From: Auanema rhodensis | Lineage: Eukaryota > Animalia > Nematoda | Reading direction: 5' to 3' | NCBI GenBank assembly: GCA_964057225.1 | Contig: OZ059898.1 | Location: 1 to 64,000, forward strand | DNA: 64,000 nt | Shown here: positions 56,301 through 64,000 of the stretch, piece after piece | How the letters are laid out: every line of letters starts with the position of its first letter | How positions within the stretch are numbered: the stretch's first letter is position 1 | Position numbers and translations under genes: made by a program | The notes under the pieces: model-generated | What the model was told of the DNA's origin: nothing | Databases searched by the model: none | The model's input: only the letters and a program-made list of their open reading frames with translations

Positions 56301-59300
56301 TAGACTAATATGGACATGGGAAATCTAATTTTGAAAACCGCATCTCTTTATCTTTCACGTGAAGCGAGTTACATACCAAGTGCACATCACGTGTACATTT
56401 AATTAGCATAAATTAAAGTTCACGTAAATTTCAAAGTCATGGTTACCATGAAGCAATATCAATAAAAATTTGTTTTTAGACTAATATGGACATGGGGAAT
56501 CTAATTTTGAAAACCGCATCTCTTTATCTTTCACGTGAAATGAGTTACATACCAAGTGCACATCACGTGTACATTTAATTAGCATAAATTAAAGTTCACG
56601 TAAATTTCAAAGTCATGGTTACCATGAAGCAATATCAATAAAAATTTGTTTTTAGACTAATATGGACAGGGGGAATCTAATTTTGAAAACCGCATCTCTT
56701 TATCTTTCACGTGAAGCGAGTTACATACCAAGTGCACATCACGTGTACATTTAATTAGCATAAATTAAAGTTCACGTAAATTTCAAAGTCATGGTTACCA
56801 TGCACCAATATCAATAAAAATTTGTTTTTAGACTAATATGGACATGGGGAATCTAATTTTGAAAACCGCATCTCTTTATCTTTCACGTGAAGCGAGTTAC
56901 ATACCAAGTGCACATCACGTGTACATTTAATTAGCATAAATTAAAGTTCACGTAAATTTCAAAGTCATGGTTACCATGAACCAATATCAATTAAAATTTG
57001 TTTTTAGACTAATATGGACATGGGGAATCTAATTTTGAAAACCGCATCTCTTCTTCTTTCACGTGAAGCGAGTTACATACCAAGTGCACATCACGTGTAC
57101 ATTTAATTAGCATAAATTAAAGTTCACGTAAATTTCAAAGTCATGGTTACCATGAACCAATATCAATAAAAATTTGTTTTTAGACTAATATGGACATGGG
57201 GAATCTAATTTTGAAAACCGCATCTCTTTATCTTTCACGTGAAGCGAGTTACATACCAAGTGCACATCACGTGTACATTTAATTAGCATAAATTAAAGTT
57301 CACGTAAATTTCAAAGTCATGGTTACCATGCACCAATATCAATAAAAATTTGTTTTTAAACTAATATGGACATGGGGAATCTAATTTTGAAAACCGCATC
57401 TCTTTATCTTTCACGTGAAGCGAGTTACATACCAAGTGCACATCACGTGTACATTTAATTAGCATAAATTAAAGTTCACGTAAATTTGAAAGTCATGGTT
57501 ACCATGAACCAATATCAATAAAAATTTGTTTTTAGACTAATATGGACATGGGGAATCTAATTTTGAAAACCGCATCTCTTCTTCTTTCACGTGAAGCGAG
57601 TTACATACCAAGTGCACATCACGTGTACATTTAATTAGCATAAATTAAAGTTCACGTAAATTTCAAAGTCATGGTTACCATGAACCAATATCAATAAAAA
57701 TTTGTTTTTAGACTAATATGGACATGGGGAATCTAATTTTGAAAACCGCATCTCTTTATCTTTCACGTGAAGCGAGTTACATACCAAGTGCACATCACGT
57801 GTACATTTAATTAGCATAAATTAAAGTTCACGTAAATTTCAAAGTCATGGTTACCATGCACCAATATCAATAAAAATTTGTTTTTAGACTAATATGGACA
57901 TGGGGAATCTAATTTTGAAAACCGCATCTCTTTATCTTTCACGTGAAGCGAGTTACATACCAAGTGCACATCACGTGTACATTTAATTAGCATAAATTAA
58001 AGTTCACGTAAATTTCAAAGTCATGGTTACCATGCACCAATATCAATAAAAATTTGTTTTTAGACTAATATGGACATGGGGAATCTAATTTTGAAAACCG
58101 CATCTCTTTATCTTTCACGTGAAGCGAGTTACATACCAAGTGCACATCACGTGTACATTTAATTAGCATAAATTAAAGTTCACGTAAATTTCAAAGTCAT
58201 GGTTACCATGAAGCAATATCAATAAAAAATTGTTTTTAGACTAATATGGACATGGGGAATCTAATTTTGAAAACCGCATCTCTTTATCTTTCACGTGAAG
58301 CGAGTTACATACCAAGTGCACATCACGTGTACATTTAATTAGCATAAATTAAAGTTCACGTAAATTTCAAAGTCATGGTTACCATGAACCAATATCAATA
58401 AAAATTTGTTTTGAGACTAATATGGACATGGGGAATCTAATTTTGAAAACCGAATCTCTTTATCTTTCACGTGAAGCGAGTTACATACCAAGTGCACATC
58501 ACGTGTACATTTAATTAGCATAAATTAAAGTTCACGTAAATTTCAAAGTCATGGTTACCATGCACCAATATCAATAAAAATTTGTTTTTAGACTAATATG
58601 GACATGGGGAATCTAATTTTGAAAACCGCATCTCTTTATCTTTCACGTGAAGCGAGTTACATACCAAGTGCACATCACGTGTACATTTAATTAGCATAAA
58701 TTAAAGTTCACGTAAATTTCAAAGTCATGGTTACCATGAAGCAATATCAATAAAAATTTGTTTTTAGACTAATATGGACATGGGGAATCTAATTTTGAAA
58801 ACCGCATCTCTTTATCTTTCACGTGAAATGAGTTACATACCAAGTGCACATCACGTGTACATTTAATTAGCATAAATTAAAGTTCACGTAAATTTCAAAG
58901 TCATGGTTACCATGAAGCAATATCAATAAAAATTTGTTTTTAGACTAATATGGACAGGGGGAATCTAATTTTGAAAACCGCATCTCTTTATCTTTCACGT
59001 GAAGCGAGTTACATACCAAGTGCACATCACGTGTACATTTAATTAGCATAAATTAAAGTTCACGTAAATTTCAAAGTCATGGTTACCATGAACCAATATC
59101 AATAAAAATTTGTTTTGAGACTAATATGGACACGGGGAATCTAATTTTGAAAACCGCATCTCTTTATCTTTCACGTGAAGCGAGTTACATACCAAGTGCA
59201 CATCACGTGTACATTTAATTAACATAAATTAAAGTTCACGTAAATTTCAAAGTCATGGTTACCATGAACCAATATCAATAAAAATTTGTTTTGAGACTAA

Positions 59301-62300
59301 TATGGACATGGGGAATCTAATTTTGAAAACCGCATCTCTTTATCTTTCACGTGAAGCGAGGTACATACCAAGTGCACATCACGTGTACATTTAATTAGCA
59401 TAAATTAAAGTTCACGTAAATTTCAAAGTCATGGTTACCATGCACCAATATCAATAAAAATTTGTTTTTAGACTAATATGGACATGGGGAATCTAATTTT
59501 GAAAACCGCATCTCTTTATCTTTCACGTGAAGCGAGTTACATACCAAGTGCACATCACGTGTACATTTAATTAGCATAAATTAAAGTTCACGTAAATTTC
59601 AAAGTCATGGTTACCATGAAGCAATATCAATAAAAATTTGTTTTTAGACTAATATGGACATGGGGAATCTAATTTTGAAAACCGCATCTCTTTATCTTTC
59701 ACGTGAAGCGAGTTACATACCAAGTGCACATCACGTGTACATTTAATTAGCATAAATTAAAGTTCACGTAAATTTCAAAGTCATGGTTACCATGAAGCAA
59801 TATCAATAAAAATTTGTTTTTAGACTAATATGGACAGGGGGAATCTAATTTTGAAAACCGCATCTCTTTATCTTTCACGTGAAGCGAGTTACATACCAAG
59901 TGCACATCACGTGTACATTTAATTAGCATAAATTAAAGTTCACGTAAATTTCAAAGTCATGGTTACCATGAAGCAATATCAATAAAAATTTGTTTTTAGA
60001 CTAATATGGACATGGGAAATCTAATTTTGAAAACCGCATCTCTTTATCTTTCACATGAAGCGAGTTACATACCAAGTGCACATCACGTGTACATTTAATT
60101 AGCATAAATTAAAGTTCACGTAAATTTCAAAGTCATGGTTACCATGAACCAATATCAATAAAAATTTGTTTTGAGACTAATATGGACATGGGGAATCTAA
60201 TTTTGAAAACCGCATCTCTTTATCTTTCACGTGAAGCGAGTTACATACCAAGTGCACATCACGTGTACATTTAATTAGCATAAATTAAAGTTCACGTAAA
60301 TTTCAAAGTCATGGTTACCATGAAGCAATATCAATAAAAATTTGTTTTTAGACTAATATGGACATGGGGAATCTAATTTTGAAAACCGCATCTCTTTATC
60401 TTTCACGTGAAGCGAGTTACATACCAAGTGCACATCACGTGTACATTTAATTAGCATAAATTAAAGTTCACGTAAATTTCAAAGTCATGGTTACCATGAA
60501 CCAATATCAATAAAAATTTGTTTTTAGACTAATATGGACATGGGGAATCTAATTTTGAAAACCGCATCTCTTTATCTTTCACGTGAAGCGAGTTACATAC
60601 CAAGTGCACATCACGTGTACATTTAATTAGCATAAATTAAAGTTCACGTAAATTTCAAAGTCATGGTTACCATGAAGCAATATCAATAAAAATTTGTTTT
60701 TAGACTAATATGGACATGGGGAATCTAATTTTGAAAACCGCATCTCTTTATCTTTCACGTGAAGCGAGTTACATACCAAGTGCACATCACGTGTACATTT
60801 AATTAGCATAAATTAAAGTTCACGTAAATTTCAAAGTCATGGTTACCATGAAGCAATATCAATAAAAATTTGTTTTTAGACTAATATGGACATGGGGAAT
60901 CTAATTTTGAAAACCGCATCTCTTTATCTTTCACGTGAAGCGAGTTACATACCAAGTGCACATCACGTGTACATTTAATTAGCATAAATTAAAGTTCACG
61001 TAAATTTCAAAGTCATGGTTACCATGAACCAATATCAATAAAAATTTGTTTTGAGACTAATATGGACATGGGGAATCTAATTTTGAAAACCGCATCTCTT
61101 TATCTTTCACGTGAAGCGAGTTACATACCAAGTGCACATCACGTGTACATTTAATTAGCATAAATTAAAGTTCACGTAAATTTCAAAGTCATGGTTACCA
61201 TGAAGCAATATCAATAAAAATTTGTTTTTAGACTAATATGGACATGGGGAATCTAATTTTGAAAACCGCATCTCTTTATCTTTCACGTGAAGCGAGTTAC
61301 ATACCAAGTGCACATCACGTGTACATTTAATTAGCATAAATTAAAGTTCACGTAAATTTCAAAGTCATGGTTACCATGAACTAATATCAATAAAAATTTG
61401 TTTTGAGACTAATATGGACATGGGGAATCTAATTTTGAAAACCGCATCTCTTTATCTTTCACGTGAAGCGAGTTACATACCAAGTGCACATCACGTGTAC
61501 ATTTAATTAGCATAAATTAAAGTTTACGTAAATTTCAAAGTCATGGTTACCATGAAGCAATATCAATAAAAATTTGTTTTTAGACTAATATGGACAGGGG
61601 GAATCTAATTTTGAAAACCGCATCTCTTTATCTTTCACGTGAAGCGAGTTACATACCAAGTGCACATCACGTGTACATTTAATTAGCATAAATTAAAGTT
61701 CACGTAAATTTCAAAGTCATGGTTACCATGAAGCAATATCAATAAAAATTTGTTTTTAGACTAATATGGACATGGGAAATCTAATTTTGAAAACCGCATC
61801 TCTTTATCTTTCACGTGAAGCGAGTTACATACCAAGTGCACATCACGTGTACATTTAATTAGCATAAATTAAAGTTCACGTAAATTTCAAAGTCATGGTT
61901 ACCATGAACCAATATCAATAAAAATTTGTTTTGAGACTAATATGGACATGGGGAATCTAATTTTGAAAACCGCATCTCTTTATCTTTCACGTGAAGCGAG
62001 TTACATACCAAGTGCACATCACGTGTACATTTAATTAGCATAAATTAAAGTTCACGTAAATTTCAAAGTCATGGTTACCATGCACCAATATCAATAAAAA
62101 TTTGTTTTTAGACTAATATGGACATGGGGAATCTAATTTTGAAAACCGCATCTCTTTATCTTTCACGTGAAGCGAGTTACATACCAAGTGCACATCACGT
62201 GTACATTTAATTAGCATAAATTAAAGTTCACGTAAATTTCAAAGTCATGGTTACCATGAAGCAATATCAATAAAAATTTGTTTTTAGACTAATATGGACA

Positions 62301-64000
62301 TGGGGAATCTAATTTTGAAAACCGCATCTCTTTATCTTTCACGTGAAGCGAGTTACATACCAAGTGCACATCACGTGTACATTTAATTAGCATAAATTAA
62401 AGTTCACGTAAATTTCAAAGTCATGGTTACCATGAACCAATATCAATAAAAATTTGTTTTTAGACTAATATGGACATGGGGAATCTAATTTTGAAAACCG
62501 CATCTCTTTATCTTTCACGTGAAGCGAGTTACATACCAAGTGCACATCACGTGTACATTTAATTAGCATAAATTAAAGTTCACGTAAATTTCAAAGTCAT
62601 GGTTACCATGAAGCAATATCAATAAAAATTTGTTTTTAGACTAATATGGACATGGGGAATCTAATTTTGAAAACCGCATCTCTTTATCTTTCACGTGAAG
62701 CGAGTTACATACCAAGTGCACATCACGTGTACATTTAATTAGCATAAATTAAAGTTCACGTAAATTTCAAAGTCATGGTTACCATGAAGCAATATCAATA
62801 AAAATTTGTTTTTAGACTAATATGGACATGGGGAATCTAATTTTGAAAACCGCATCTCTTTATCTTTCACTTGAAGCGAGTTACATACCAAGTGCACATC
62901 ACGTGTACATTTAATTAGCATAAATTAAAGTTCACGTAAATTTCAAAGTCATGGTTACCATGAACCAATATCAATAAAAATTTGTTTTGAGACTAATATG
63001 GACATGGGGAATCTAATTTTGAAAACCGCATCTCTTTATCTTTCACGTGAAGCGAGTTACATACCAAGTGCACATCACGTGTACATTTAATTAGCATAAA
63101 TTAAAGTTCACGTAAATTTCAAAGTCATGGTTACCATGAACCAATATCAATAAAAATTTGTTTTGAGACTAATATGGACATGGGGAATCTAATTTTGAAA
63201 ACCGCATCTCTTTATCTTTCACGTGAAGCGAGTTACATACCAAGTGCACATCACATGTACATTTAATTAGCATAAATTAAAGTTCACGTAAATTTCAAAG
63301 TCATGGTTACCATGCACCAATATCAATAAAAATTTGTTTTTAGACTAATATGGACATGGGGAATCTAATTTTGAAAACCGCATCTCTTTATCTTTCACGT
63401 GAAGCGAGTTACATACCAAGTGCACATCACGTGTACATTTAATTAGCATAAATTAAAGTTCACGTAAATTTCAAAGTCATGGTTACCATGAAGCAATATC
63501 AATAAAAATTTGTTTTTAGACTAATATGGACATGGGGAATCTAATTTTGAAAACCGCATCTCTTTATCTTTCACGTGAAGCGAGTTACATACCAAGTGCA
63601 CATCACGTGTACATTTAATTAGCATAAATTAAAGTTCACGTAAATTTCAAAGTCATGGTTACCATGAAGCAATATCAATAAAAATTTGTTTTTAGACTAA
63701 TATGGACAGGGGGAATCTAATTTTGAAAACCGCATCTCTTTATCTTTCACGTGAAGCGAGTTACATACCAAGTGCACATCACGTGTACATTTAATTAGCA
63801 TAAATTAAAGTTCACGTAAATTTCAAAGTCATGGTTACCATGAAGCAATATCAATAAAAATTTGTTATTAGACTAATATGGACATGGGAAATCTAATTTT
63901 GAAAACCGCATCTCTTTATCTTTCACGTGAAGCGAGTTACATACCAAGTGCACATCACGTGTACATTTAATTAGCATAAATTAAAGTTCACGTAAATTTC
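50330..64000. repeat. Large block duplication, about 50.3-56.4 kb versus about 58.2-64.0 kb (offset 45, then 43, monomers)
   Basis: Private variants at +7920: 50908/58828, 51213/59133, 51302/59222, 51441/59361, 52135/60055. At +7568: 53957/61525, 55303/62871, 56299/63867. Confidence 0.92.

Larger units (their letters stand above)
1..64000. repeat. Tandem satellite DNA array, 176-bp monomer, about 363.7 copies, head-to-tail; candidate (peri)centromeric satellite
   Basis: ACATGGGGAATCT recurs at 1, 177, 353 ... 2641 (15x176+1). The last monomer starts at 63882 = 363x176+1-7, matching the four 4-bp deletions and nine 1-bp gains seen. Consensus: ACATGGGGAATCTAATTTTGAAAACCGCATCTCTTTATCTTTCACGTGAAGCGAGTTACATACCAAGTGCACATCACGTGTACATTTAATTAGCATAAATTAAAGTTCACGTAAATTTCAAAGTCATGGTTACCATG(AAC/AAG/CAC)CAATATCAATAAAAATTTGTTTTTAGACTAATATGG. 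The repeat call is certain; the centromeric role is inference from length, AT content and homogeneity. Confidence 0.99.

Noticed and set aside
1-64000. CRISPR array or repeat-spacer system
   Set aside because: There are no unique spacers. The entire 176 bp is repeated near-identically, and no cas or other genes are present.
1-64000. Protein-coding repeat ORF
   Set aside because: Monomer positions 86-103 hold stops in all three + frames (TAA 87, TAG 91, TAA 101) and all three - frames (TTA at 86, 90, 100). No ORF can extend much beyond one monomer, and 176 is not a multiple of 3.
1-64000. Transposon insertion, inversion or strand switch hidden in the array
   Set aside because: Register arithmetic closes exactly (net -7 bp from 13 small indels over 363 monomers), leaving no room for inserted sequence. 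All monomers read in the same orientation.
1-64000. Single fixed array-wide higher-order repeat, or an information-bearing code in variant order
   Set aside because: Periods differ by region (3 to 45 monomers) and are explained by ordinary local duplication. No constant period is evident by eye.
1-64000. Pure sequencing artefact (rolling-circle concatemer or collapsed repeat)
   Set aside because: Variants are linked, regionally structured and hierarchically nested, unlike random errors on one template.

Overview
The whole 64,000-bp window is one uninterrupted, head-to-tail, single-orientation satellite array of a 176-bp AT-rich monomer (about 32% GC). It holds 363 complete monomers plus a 119-bp partial copy at 63882-64000, and runs off both ends. 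Copies typically differ from consensus at 0-4 positions. No gene, RNA gene, transposon, CRISPR spacer or unique sequence is visible, and stop codons in all six frames occur once per monomer. The monomer is roughly nucleosome-plus-linker sized and rich in short dyads, including three CACGT(G) boxes spaced 32-33 bp apart and a 15-bp interrupted palindrome. This fits a eukaryotic centromeric or pericentromeric satellite, but I do not recognise the family or organism. The informative signal lies in the variants: a three-state site present array-wide, region-restricted marker sets, and nested block duplications of 3, 4, 5, 7, 8, 10, 12 and 43-45 monomers. I found no evidence for a novel gene system; all variant tallies are by eye.
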